The position numbers were made by a program, and so were the translations under genes. A stretch of 64,000 nt of DNA from Nemertoderma westbladi (Eukaryota > Animalia > Xenacoelomorpha). Shown here piece by piece: positions 38,074-51,280 of this stretch. The notes under the pieces were generated by a model that saw nothing but the letters and a program-made list of their open reading frames with translations, did no database searches and was not told the origin of the DNA. The stretch spans positions 95,770-159,769 of the forward strand of contig JAUCBJ010008094.1 of NCBI GenBank assembly GCA_032718475.1, in the 5' to 3' direction. The number at the start of each line of letters is the position of its first letter. Position 1 is the stretch's first letter.

Positions 38074-38976
38074 GATGGCTTCTAAATTCAGCCGCAATTG
38101 TTGCTGCCTTCTTCATGAACACCTTGATGAACCAGATGGTGTCGCCTTCAGTTTAGTTAGTCTAAAAAAGAAGAGCAAAAAAGTCCCTAAAAGAGTGCAT
38201 GATGGCTTAATCGCAAAAGGGTGGCTGACTCCAACTCAAAATTTTATATGCACGTACTGTCTCTATCATTTCAAAATAATTACTGGGGATGTTGCTGAGA
38301 GAGAAGCAACTGCGGAAGTGGAAGAATGTATTGTGGATGTAGGCGACGATGATGATGATCTGCTAGATAAGGTTAAAAAAAGAATGGTGGATGATGAAGT
38401 ATTTCGTGGTAAAATCATAGATCATGTTGGAAGTTGTTTGGCCAAATCATTAGAAATTGAAATGATTGAAGATACCCGGGAAATAGATCAAAGTATGGTT
38501 GAATTTTCAGTGAAAGAAGTGCTTCAAAAAACAAATAAAGATGTAGTCACGTTTTTCAATGCTATAAGTACAAGACAGGCTCCTAACAAGCAATGAAAAG
38601 AAAGTAAATTATATTAAAGTTTTTGAGAAACACACAATATTATGGTCCCCTTTCAACACGTGAATCACTGTTTGACTGTGGGTATTTGGTTTCAGGGAGT
38701 AAGTGTTTTGTGAGTCTGTCTTCATGTACCTCTCCTACACCATCGTATAGCACAACTTTAAAGTTGTTAAATACTTTTGCAGTCAGAACAAGTCCACCAA
38801 CAGGCGAAGTTGTTATTGCGATTGACAATAACCAAGTACTTGGTAAGACGTACACACTATCTGACTATATCAACAAGGCTCAGGGCAGCCACTTTCAAAG
38901 GTGTGCTCTGTATTATCCCTTTCCATTTCCCAAGAACTTGGAATTCAAAGCCAGCAACTCACATGGGTTGATCTGA
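38074..38976 (+). pseudogene. Disrupted putative transposase (Cys/His-rich N-terminus plus possible start of DDE core)
   Basis: Two consecutive ORFs inside TIRs: CCCLLHEH...ICTYCLYH, then PSYSTTLKLL...PPTGEVVIAIDNNQVLGKTY; broken by stops/frameshifts and truncated. Confidence 0.5.
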
Positions 38977-40367
38977 ATGCTAATAGAAACATATTTTAAT
39001 AGATGTGATGAGATCTTCGAATCCATCAAGTATTCTTTTATAGAGTCTGAGATTGCCGTTTTGATGGCTGAGCTGACTGGGCAACCAACAGATGATACTT
39101 CGTTTATGGATAAGTTTTATGGATAGTTTTATATTATTATTAACGGTACCAGGAGTATGCAAAACCAAAACTATCCACTGTCTGACTTTTGCCAAATATG
39201 GCTTACTCCGCTTACTACAACAAATAATATGGCCAAAACAACTTATTGAAATAGGAATTAAACGAACTGAAATTGCCATATATGGCTGAAAATTTAGGGA
39301 GAAACGATACATATTTGGCTGTATTGTAGTAGGCTGATGCCTAATTATGCAATGCTTTTTAACTGTATCCATCTTATAAACATGAAGGTGAAATATTTGT
39401 CCTGTAAGGCAAAAAGACTTAGAGTCATATAGGGAATGGATTCCATATTACTACAGTATGCGCTAAAGCTTTGTATAGTGCGCCCATTAAGAATTAAATT
39501 TACAGTAGTGGACAGCCAAATATGGCAATGTTTTATAGCCATATTTGGCAATTTTTCAATCAATGACAATGCAGTATATGGCTGTTGTCCCTAACTGTAG
39601 TATCAATTGCAGAAGCCGAACCGAACCGAAATTGCCAAACTTCGGCCCGAACCGAAGCCGAAGCTTCTGTTGAGCCCTAGTTATAGTATAGTCTATAGGG
39701 TGGCGTGGCCTACAGCCTAACCCCACACTTATGTTCTCATCATTACATGTCAATTTTGACATGTATGTCAATTTTAACATGAGAAAAACTTTAAGTATTT
39801 ATATTAACTAAACGGCACGGTGAAAAAATTTTCCGCACGGTCAAAAGTTTCTAATTTACTTATAATTTCGATTTTTATATTTAGAAAACACGTCTGGAAA
39901 TATTTGAACACGTCAGGTAAAAAAATGTCAATATTGACATGTCCATGTCAATTTTGACATGCTCCATCCTGGAGAAATTAGCTTTACCTGTCAATATTGA
40001 CACATGTCAATATTGACAAAGTGCCCGACTGACCGGTACCGGTAATACAGGCCTGTAATAATTTAAGTGATGCGAGTATTTGTCAATTTGAATTTACCGC
40101 GTATTTAGCAACTTACAGTATCAATAATAACAGGTTTTTCCCCCATAGGTTGATGGGGTACTATAAATTTTTGTTAGAATAATTTATTTTTCTTTTGTTT
40201 GGAAACATTTCTTTGTTTTACAATATAATATTTCCTTGTTTACGTTCAATTGAGTTAAATGCGGTTTCTTGTAATATTTTAATTACAAGCATGTATCATG
40301 AATAAAATTGGATACACATGATTTATACATAAATAAATTATAACATTATTTATCTATTGCTTTACAG

Positions 40368-40471
40368 AATCCAAAGTGTCGTATCCCCCACGACAAGCTT
40401 CCCAACCGAGACAACAATTCGCTCGAAGGTTATCCGGAACAACATTCCTGCCACCTATCCATCCGACATAA
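40368..40471 (+). CDS. DYRK4: DYRK4-like kinase terminal exon
   Basis: ttgctttacag|AA is phase 1, matching the donor at 20424: ESKVSYPPRQASQPRQQFARRLSGTTFLPPIHPT*. LPPI resembles the DYRK4 C-terminal motif; AATAAA at 40473-40478. Confidence 0.75.
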
Positions 40472-41807
40472 TAATAAAAACTTGATAATATTTATATAAA
40501 TCGTTGTTCATAAAGTAGCACATTATAGCGTTACGTTAAGACACAGCGAATGAAATAACAAATTTGGCATTTGTAAAAGTCCAATTTTACTTATTTGTGG
40601 AAAATTATACTTTTTCCGACAACCTTGGCACAAAAAGCATGACATGTTAATTGTATACACTTTTATCTTCTACCAAACTGGCGTAGTAGATAAAGCTTAA
40701 AGTTAAAGGTTATATTCTGACCTATTCATTTTTGTAAGTTTTATAATTGTGAAATAGTTATACTGTGTATTCGAATGACTTCATGTGATTATAAATTATT
40801 TAGAATGACGTGATAAAATACTGGATATACTATACATAACAAATGTATGGTGTAGAGACATACTGAGAAATAGTGTCGCACTGCGATATAAAGTTAGAAA
40901 ATATGTCGGCCTGGCGATTTGGTAGTGCGAAATTAATTCCATACACCTAAATAAAAATTAATATCCCTTCATCAATACAATTATTACTATTTTATATTGA
41001 AATTTATATTTATAAACTGCGTGAACGATGATGCAATTGTAGGCCTTCTTACCTACTTACTGTAATAACTATATACTTAGGCATACTTATAATAATAAAT
41101 ATATAGTAATTTGTATATTATCATTTGTCGTACAAAAGAATCTCGTAGTGTATAATAATTTAATAATTATTGAATCATATACAGACATACAGATACTTAC
41201 AGACATACAGATACTTTATTTGTATCGGAAAAAAACAAGCATTGTATGTATATGCGCATGCGCAATATAGTATTGATAGAGCGTTTGGGTCACTCTGTAT
41301 TATATTTTGTCATACTTTTTCAATAAAAGTGAAGATGTAATAAATAATAAACTTAATAAATACGTTTTAACGTACAGTAGGTACTAACTAATAGTAGTAC
41401 TGATGGGAGAAAATGAGTTACTGGGGCCAGGGAGGAAGCTGCCCTAATTACCCGCGGGTTGCCTGATCCAAGGAGTATATATGTATATTGTGCGCAAAAC
41501 TTTAATTGAATTTTAATTGGTCAAATTATTCAAAACAATATGTGGTGGCATTTTCAATATTGTACCAAACTGGTTTAATTTGTGTCAGAAAACTTTCATG
41601 CAGCACAGTATAGTTGTAGTTTGGCAGTTGGGTAATATAGCCTGACCGGGATAAAAAGCAAAGATCCCGATCGGAAAATTTCAAGTAGGCCCTAGCCTAA
41701 CAGATGTGGTACCTGGTTTATCTGTTGCATTTTAAAATTCCCACCATAATGTTGCGTTCAAAGTAGGTCCAACTAAGATGGAAGTTATTACAGTACGCAC
41801 AATATAG

Positions 41808-44800
41808 TAAGATGTAGGTCTATACACCAGATACTAAGATGTAGGTCTATACACCAGATACCAAGATGTAGGCCTATACACCAGATACTAAGATATAGGC
41901 CTATACACCAGATACTAAAATGTAGGCCTATACACCAGATACTAAGATGTAGGCCTATACACCAGATACTAAGATGTAGGCCTATACACCAGATACTAAG
42001 ATGTAGGTCTATACACTAGATACTAAGATGTAGGCCTATACACCAGATACTAAGATGTATGCCTATACACCAGATACTAAGATTATGCCTATACACCAGA
42101 TACTAAGATGCATGCCTATACACCAGATACTAAGATTATGCCTATACACAATATACTAAGATGTAGGCCTTTACACCAGATACTAAGATGTAGGCCTATA
42201 CACCAGATACTAAGATGTATGCCTATACACCAGATACTAAGATTATGCCTATACACCAGATACTAAGATGTATGCCTATACACCAGATACTAAGATTATG
42301 CCTATACACAATATACAAAGATGTAGACCTTTACACCAGATACTAAGATGTAGGCCTATACACCAGATACTAAGATGTATGCCTATACACAATATACAAA
42401 GATGTAGACCTTTACACCAGATACTAAGATGTAGGCCTATACACCAGATACTAAGATGTAGGCCTATACACCAGATACTAAGATGTATGCCTATACACCA
42501 GATACTAAGATTATGCCTATACACAATATACAAAGATGTAGACCTTTACACCAGATACTAAGATGTAGGCCTATACACCAGATACTAAGATGTAGGCCTA
42601 TACACCAGATACTAAGATGTATGCCTATACACCAGATACTAAGATTATGCCTATACACCAGATACTAAGATGCATGCCTATACACCAGATACTAAGATTA
42701 TGCCTATACACAATATACTAAGATGTAGGCCTTTACACCAGATACTAAGATGTAGGCCTATACACCAGATACTAAGATGTATGCCTATACACCAGATACT
42801 AAGATTATGCCTATACACCAGATACTAAGATGTATGCCTATACACCAGATACTAAGATTATGCCTATACACAATATACAAAGATGTAGACCTTTACACCA
42901 GATACTAAGATGTAGGCCTATACACCAGATACTAAGATGTATGCCTATACACCAGATACTAAGATTATGCCTATACACAATATACTAATATGTAGGCCTA
43001 TACACATATACTTACTAAGATATTAGGCCTATACACAATATACTAGGATGTAGGCCTATACACAATATACTAAGATGTATGCCTATACACAATATACTAA
43101 GATGTAGGTAGGCCTATACACCAGATACTAAGATGTAGGCCTATACACCAAATAATAAAATGTAAGCATATACACCAGATACTAAGATGTAGGCCTATAC
43201 ACCAGATACTAAGATGTAGGCCTATACACCAGATACTAAAATGTAGACTATACATCAGGTACTAAGATGTAGGCCTATACACCAGATACTAAGATGTAGG
43301 CCTATACACCAGATACTAAGATTATGCCTATACACAATATACTAAGATGTAGGCCTATACACAATATACTAAGATGTAGGTAGGCCTATACACCAGATAC
43401 TAAGATGTAGGCCTATACACCAGATACTAAAATGTAGACTATACATCAGGTACTAAGATGTAGGCCTATACACCAGATACTAAGATGTAGGCCTATACAC
43501 CAGATACTAAGATGTAGGCCTATACACAATATACTAAGATGTAGGCCTATACACCAGATACTAAGATGTAGGTCTATACACAATATACTAAGATTAGGCA
43601 TATACACCAGATACTAAGATGTAGGCCTATACACCAGATACTAAGATGTTGGCTTATACACCAGATACTAAAATGTAGACTATACATCAGGTACTAAGAT
43701 GTAGGCCTATACACCAGATACTAAGATGTAGGCCTATACACCAGATACTAAGATATAGGCCTATACACAATATACTAAGATGTAGGCCTATACACCAGAT
43801 ACTAAGATGTAGGCCTATACACAATATACTAAGATTAGGCCTATACACCAGATACTAAGATGTAGGCCTATACACCAGATACTAAGATATAGGCCTATAC
43901 ACCAGATACTAAGAGGTAGGCCTATACACCAGATACTAAGATGTAGGCCTATACACAATATACTAAGATGTAGGCCTATACACCAGATACTAAGATGTAG
44001 GCCTATACACAATATACTAAGATTAGGCCTATACACCAGATACTAAGATGTAGGCCTATACACCAGATACTAAGATGTAGGCTTATACACCAGATACTAA
44101 AATGTAGATTATACATCAGGTACTAAGATGTAGGCCTATACACCAGATACTAAGATGTAGGCCTATACACCAGATACTAAGATATAGGCCTATACACAAT
44201 ATACTAAGATGTAGGCCTATACACCAGATACTAAGATATAGGCCTATACACCAGATACTAAGAGGTAGGCCTATACACCAGATACTAAGATTAGGCCTAT
44301 ACACCAGATACTAAGATGTATGCCTATATACCAGATACTAAGATATAGGCCTATACACCAGATACTAAGATGTAGGCCCATACACCAGATACGAAGATGT
44401 AGGCCTATACATACACCAGATACTAATATTTTGCCTACACACCAGATACCAAGATATATGCCTATACACCAGATACTAAGTTGTAACCTATACACCAAAT
44501 ACTAAGATGTAGGCCTATACACCAGATACTAAGATGTAGGCCTATACACATTATACTAAGATGTAGGCCTATACACCAGATACTAAGATGTAGGCCTATA
44601 CACCAGATACTAAGATGTAGGCATATACACCAGATTCTAAGATGTAGGCCTATACACCAGATACTAAGATGTAGACCTATACACCAGATACTAAGATGTA
44701 GGCCTATACACCAGATACTAAGATGTAGGCCTATACACCAGATACTAAGATGTAGGCCTATACACCAGATACTAAGATGTTGCCTATACACCAGATACTA

Positions 44801-46506
44801 AGATATAGGCCTATGCACCAGATACTAAGATGTAACCTATACACCAAATACTAAGATGTAGGTCTGTAGGCCTATACACACACAATATACTAAGATGTAG
44901 GCCTATACACCAGATACTAAGATGAAGGCCTATACACCAGATACTAAGATGTAGGCCTATACACAATATACTAAGATGTAGGCCTATAGACCAGATACGA
45001 AGATGTAGGCCTATACAACACATACTCAGATGTAGGCCTATACACCAGATACTAAGATGTAGGCCTATACACCAGATACTAAGATGTAGGCCTATACACA
45101 ATATACTAAGATGTAGGCCAATACACCAGATACTAAGATGAGGCCTATACACCACATACTCAGATGTAGGCTTATACACCAGATACTAAGATGTAGGCCT
45201 ATACACCAGATACTAAGATGTAGGCCTATACACCATACTCAGATGTAGGCCTATACACCAGATACTAAGATGTAGGCATATACACCAGATACTAAGATGT
45301 AGGCTTATACACCAGATACTAAAATGTAGGCTTATACACCAGATACTAAGATGTAGGCCTATACACCAGATACTAAGATGTAGGCCTATACACCAGATAC
45401 TAAGATGTAGGCCTATACACCAGATACTAAGATGTAGGCCTATACACCAGATACTAAGATGTAGGCCTATACACCAGATACTAAGATGTAGGATTATACA
45501 CCAGATACTAAAATGTAGGCCTATACACCAGATACTAAGATGTTGGCCTATTCACCACATACTCAGATGTAGGCTTATACACCAGATACTAAGATGTAGG
45601 CCTATACACCAGATACTAAGATGTAGGCCTATACACCATACTCAGATGTAGGCCTATACACCAGATACTAAGATGTAGGCCTATACACCAGATACTACGA
45701 TGTAGGCTTATACACCAGATACTAAAATGTAGGCCTATACACCAAATACTAAGATGTAGGCCTATACACCAGATACTAAGATGTAGGCCTATACACCAGA
45801 TACTAAAATGCAGGCCTATACACCAGATACTAAGATGTAGGCCTATACACCAGATACTAAAATGTAGGCATATACACCAGATACTAAGATGTAGGCCTAT
45901 ACACCAGATACTAAGATGTAGGCCTATACACCAGATACTAAAATGTAGGCCTATACACCAGATACTAAGATGTAGGTCTATACAACAGATACTAAGATGT
46001 AGGCCTATACACCAGATACTAAGATGTAGGCCTATACACCACATACTCAGATGTAGGCCTATACACCAGATACTAAAATGTAGGCCTATACACCAGATAC
46101 TAAGATGTAGGCTTATACGCCAGATACTAAAATGTAGGCCTATACACCAGATAGTAAGATGTAGGCCTATACACCAGATACTAAGATGTAGGCTTATACA
46201 CCAGATAGTAAGATGTAGGCCTATACACCAGATACTAAGATGTAGGCCTATACACCAGATACTAAGATGTAGGCCTATACACCAGATACTAAGATGTAGG
46301 CCTATACACCAGATACTAAGATGTAGGCCTATACACCAGATACTATGATGTAGGCCTATACACCAGATACTAAGATGTAGGCCTATACACCAGATACTAA
46401 GATGTAGGCCTATACACCAGATACTAAGATGTAGGCCTATACACCAGATACTATGATGTAGGCCTATACACCAGATACTATGATGTAGGCCTATACACCA
46501 GATACC
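41808..46506. repeat. 27-bp minisatellite
   Basis: Unit AAGATGTAGGCCTATACACCAGATACT, about 170 copies, with central palindrome TAGGCCTA. Confidence 0.97.
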
Positions 46507-49076
46507 ATGTACTACTGTATATATCCTTTTGCGTTCCTTTACTTGTTTACCTGTTTTCGGTTCCGTTTTAATTCGGTTCTGATATTTACCATAAATACTT
46601 TGTGTGGCCTGTAGGATGGCCTCATTATAGAGATGATATACTGTAAATAGCATCGGTGGACAGCCCATGACTTCCTTGAGGACCTTATAGGACTTCGAAG
46701 ATGCAGATAATTTCGAAACTCATGGGTGATGGAATTTATGGATATGCGGCGCAATTTTGTTGACTAGCGACATAGCAATAGCATTCTCAATATATACATG
46801 CTATTAAAAGTTGACCCAGATGAATATCAAATAAATATTTTTATGATCATTATTTCGAAAGTGTCATATTTTTTTGTTATTAATGCACTATTAATCTACC
46901 TTCCCCAGTCGAATCAATACGATTTTAATAATGTAAACCGGATAGGTTCGAATGAATACTGTTTACAGGATTAGGGTGAGGGATGTACCCGCTTAATTAA
47001 TGGAAGGCGGCCTTAATTAATAGGGGGAATTAACACCACAATATTGTTGTATGCTACCGCATACAATAAGCTGTTGTATTATCACCAAATTTAATTTGCT
47101 CTGCTTAATTTGAGTCCACAATACATTATGTATGTGTCAGTGTCATGAAATACCGACAAGATGTATTCATTCAGTATGTTTAATTAATGAAATTGTCTAA
47201 GCGTATGAAGTTTAGGCCTACGTTTATAGATTGTAATTTAAATACCATGACCTGTTTGAATTATTATTGCAATGCAGTATAGTCTATAACATTATAGTAT
47301 AGTGTTTAGTCAATTAATTACACCATGTCCTAGAATAGTGTCGTTATTCAGGTACATCCCCCCCCCCCCCCCCCCCCCCCAATTTTTGTACAAATCTTAA
47401 TGAGATTGCATGACATTTGAAACAGAGATGTTTCACCTCCATCCTCCTCCGTGGGTGAGCCAGAATTTTTATTTTTGCTACAAGTGTTTGAAAAAGGTGT
47501 CTCCGGTGATATTTCACAGGTCACAGTGCAATCATTCTTTAACCTAATAGTGATTTGTAATAGAAAGCTGCCCATGCAAGGACTCCAAATATGTTAAAAT
47601 ATTTGGATTTGGTTGGGAAATAGCTGAGATATGGGCATTCGAATGTTGCATGTATTTGCTTCCCCTGCAGGCCATTTATTTTATTAAATAAAAATACCAT
47701 ATTCGATATTATCCTTTATATTAGCAAGGCCATCGCAATACCAGGCCTGCTCACTACTGTACATTCTAGAATACCTCGATCAGCTGATATAAGAAGTCAT
47801 ACTTTTTGAAATTTTATTATTGCTGTAGGCTAAAATACCATGACTCGACCTGACTAAAATATAATAATCATATCATATATCAAGTTAAAGAAGAAAGGCA
47901 TGGCACTACTATGCTTTGTGTCACTTTTGTCTGTTAGGCTGGTCATTTCGCATAATATCCCCTTAATTACTACTAAATATTTCACCTATCTTTGCCGTGT
48001 TGCATTAAATTAACGTAGTTTTAAGCATAATAGGTAGGATAGATGTATACCAGAAAATTGATTTTATTCCAAAATTTTAACATAACTCAAAGTCGTTAGT
48101 ATTAACAGCGAGTTGTTATTTAGCACTTTACAACTTTTGAGGACATTACAACATTTGGCCTGTACATTTAGTATTGTAGCTGGTGTTAGTAGGCCTAGTT
48201 AAGTAATGACCCCTTAGTGGACATTACTTAACGCCGTCATTGGATTCCACGTAAACAGTAGGTGGTATTTGCCTGGCAGCCAGATAGGCCTACTGCATTA
48301 CCTACCGGTAGGCGGGGTATAGCTATTAATAAACAGTAGTTATAAACAATTAACATGGCTCCAAACGTCACCATAAATATAAACCAACTTATTTATAACA
48401 TAATTTATGTCATTTTTACATTTATTTATACAGCAACTAATATAATTTGTCCAGTTTCTATCACTTATAATATATATACAATCATTTCGTAATGTTACAA
48501 TTTTGGAATAAAACTACATACATACTTTTTGCAAAGTACTTTACAGTGTTCTGATCCTCGTGACTTTATTTTCACTCACTCACTAACGTTTGTTCGTGTA
48601 ACAAAGCCACTCGGATCATCACACTGTAAAGTGCTACTTTACACACAAGTATGTAAATAGTTATTCTATGCAAATTTATTATTTTTTAATTCTAGCTTTG
48701 CGTTTTGGGGGGTGTTCCACGGCGCCTAAATTCGCTTTACTACACCGAAATTCTTTGTACCAGGCTGCGAGGGCGATCATGTGGTGGGATGGTGATGGAC
48801 TTTAGGAGAGGACGCATCTCGCGGGCGCGCGCCGCGTGTAGTAAAATTAATGTTTAACCCTTTCTAACACTAAATTTGGTGATTGAAAGATTTTAAATCA
48901 CTACATTTTAGTGATGGAAAGTAATAGTGTGCGAAAGTAATAGTGTGCGAAAGTAATAGTGTGCGAAAGCTCTTCTTTCTATCACGATGTTTTTTACAAT
49001 TGTAAGTGAGAAATGGAGGCTTTATCAGATAAAGTTATTTTTCGCCTGATCTACGACAGAATATTACGTAACCTTA

Positions 49077-50040
49077 CAGAAGCGATAGGGCCCAGTGGAG
49101 TTGAACCCCAACAGAAGCGATAGGGGCCCGTGGAGTCGAACCCCAACAGAAGCGATAGGGGCCGGTGGAGTCGAACCCCAACAGAACGATAGGGGCCCGT
49201 GGAGTCGAACCCCAACAGAAGCGATAGGGGCCGGTGGAGTCGAACCCCAACAGAACGATAGGGGCCGGTGGAGTCGAACCCCAACAGAACGATAGGGGCC
49301 GGTGGAGTCGAACCCCAACAGAAGCGATAGGGGCCGGTGGAGTCGAACCCCAACAGAAGCGATAGGGGCCGGTGGAGTTGAACCCCAACAGAAGCGATAG
49401 CGGCCCGTGGAGTCGAACCCCAACAGAAGCGATAGGGGCCCGTGGAGTCGAACCCCAACAGAAGCGATAGGGGCCGGTGGAGTCGAACCCCAACAGAAGC
49501 GATAGGGGCCGGTGGAGTCGAACCCCAACAGAAGCGATAGCGGCCCGTGGAGTCGAACCCCAACAGAAGCGATAGCGGCCCGTGGAGTCGAACCCCAACA
49601 GAAGCGATAGGGGCCGGTGGAGTCGAACCCCAACAGAAGCGATAGGGGCCCGTGGAGTCGAACCCCAACAGAAGCGATAGGGGCCGGTGGAGTCGATCCC
49701 CAATAGAAGCGATAGGGCCCAGTGGAGTCGGAGTCGAACCCCAACAGAAGCGATAGCGGCCCGTGGAGTCGAACCCCAACAGAAGCGATAGGGGCCCGTG
49801 GAGTCGAACCCCAACAGAAGCGATAGGGGCCGGTGGAGTCGATCCCCAATAGAAGCGATAGGGCCCAGTGGAGTCGGAGTCGAACCCCAACAGAAGGCCA
49901 AATTTGTAGAGGGGCCGTTGGAGTCAAAACCCAACAGTAGGCCGAGTTCGTAGAGGGGCCGTTGGAGTCGAACCCAAACAGAAGGCCGAGTTCGTAGAGA
50001 GGCCGTTGGAGTCGAACCCCAACAGAAGGCCGAGTTCGTA
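49077..50040. repeat. 35-bp GC-rich minisatellite carrying a B-box-like motif
   Basis: Unit CAGAAGCGATAGGGGCCGGTGGAGTCGAACCCCAA, about 26 copies, diverging at the right end. Confidence 0.95.
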
Positions 50041-50058
50041 GCTGTGATAATTTTTTCC

Positions 50059-50241
50059 ATACAGGATGAGGATCATGTTTTATTGAAGTGCAGGAGTGCA
50101 GCCTTACATATCGGTTATGTGTCGACTATCGACTACTGTATGGGTTATGTTGGTTTGTCTGTAAGCGATTTATTTAATAACGGAACTTATTGGAATAAGT
50201 TGTTTACATTATGTATGAGGACCAGAAGTTATTTTCATTGA
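50059..50241 (+). mobile_element. Possible 3' remnant of a LINE ORF2 (zinc-knuckle tail)
   Basis: IQDEDHVLLKC...VSDLF...CM resembles the C-terminal E-D-E-x-H-x-L-L-x-C motif of non-LTR ORF2 proteins. Confidence 0.45.
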
Positions 50242-51056
50242 ACAAATATTGTTAAAACGTTTGCTAACTTGCTGTACTCCAATAATATTTCGTGCTAATT
50301 GGTGTTATTATATACAATATTTCGATAAATTTGTCAATAAACATATACTACTGCCACAAACCCGTTTTTCTCGTCCTAGTATATATATATGCCCTACAAT
50401 CTATACAATCCGGTACTTCTATTTCCATTTTTCATACCCATAATTAATTACTCACACTTCAGCTGACACCTCACATTCGTCACGTTTATTGCTCCTCGGT
50501 TATTGGCGTTTTTCTATTATAGTAACGTAGTTGATATATATTGCTCACAGCTACCACGATAGATAACATTACATAAACGAACATTTGGAAACTTGAGCGG
50601 GGGAAGGTTCATAATTTTGAGTTAGTAATCGTAACATATGTTTGGTCACTTACGTTAAGTTGTAGGTTGTAGATACGGTATAGGAAGAAATAGAGCAAGG
50701 ACACTATGATAATGTTAGAAGCTTCAATAGAAATTATTTATCCAATAGAAACCGCTTTGTTAATTGATCAACCAATAGAAAGTTTCCATAACTGGAGTTT
50801 TGATGAAAAACAGTTTTTCGTATTCTATTTAGTTATTCTGAAAGTATGGATTATTTAAATAAGAAAGACTATTTCTACGGGTGGATTTTTATTCGTTATT
50901 ACAGTAAACAGTTAATTTCTAGTTTGATTTGTAATAAATTATATATCGAAAGTTAGTCAGTAAAATTTTACACAGAAACGGCCGGGCCGTAAAATTTAAA
51001 GGTTCAATCATTACAAATCTAATAATTAACAATATTAAATTTGATTATATTTGAAG

Positions 51057-51148
51057 ATGTCAAAGTTACTGAGTTTATCGGTAGTTGTTTTAGTGGTTGC
51101 CCTGTTTCTCGCCTCAACGGACGCCGAACATGCCAGCATTATCAACAG
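51057..51148 (+). CDS. First coding exon of a putative secreted protein (signal peptide)
   Basis: MSKLLSLSVVVLVVALFLASTDA-EHASIIN: basic n-region, hydrophobic core, T-D-A cleavage site; donor CAG|gtaaat; preceded by tttgaag. Confidence 0.65.
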
Positions 51149-51280
51149 GTAAATCGTATAAATATTGGATAGGGCGGGATTCTCTAATGGAGAATGTCAA
51201 ACTGTCTAATTTCAAACATGAAATTCAGAAATGAATAATCGACATTTTATTTGTCATGATTACTATACATCTAAATATAT

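Larger units (their letters stand above)
37240..39597. mobile_element. Nested DNA transposon, 23-bp TIR, TA duplication
   Basis: TA|CAGTTAGGGACAACAGCCATATA ... TATATGGCTGTTGTCCCTAACTG|TA; subterminal CAGCCAAAT / ATTTGGC motifs. Confidence 0.85.
34918..40031. mobile_element. 5.1-kb DNA transposon, 30-bp perfect TIR, 5-bp TSD (ACCGG)
   Basis: ACCGG|CAGTCGGGCACTTTGTCAATATTGACATGT ... ACATGTCAATATTGACAAAGTGCCCGACTG|ACCGG; palindromic GTCAATATTGAC motif reiterated subterminally at both ends. Confidence 0.9.

Noticed and set aside
45616-46754. IWCIGLHLS ORF and adjacent possible minus-strand exon ending at CAG|GTAAAC (about 46552)
   Set aside because: The ORF is repeat-derived; the unique part has no recognisable homology or partner exon, so it is unsupported.
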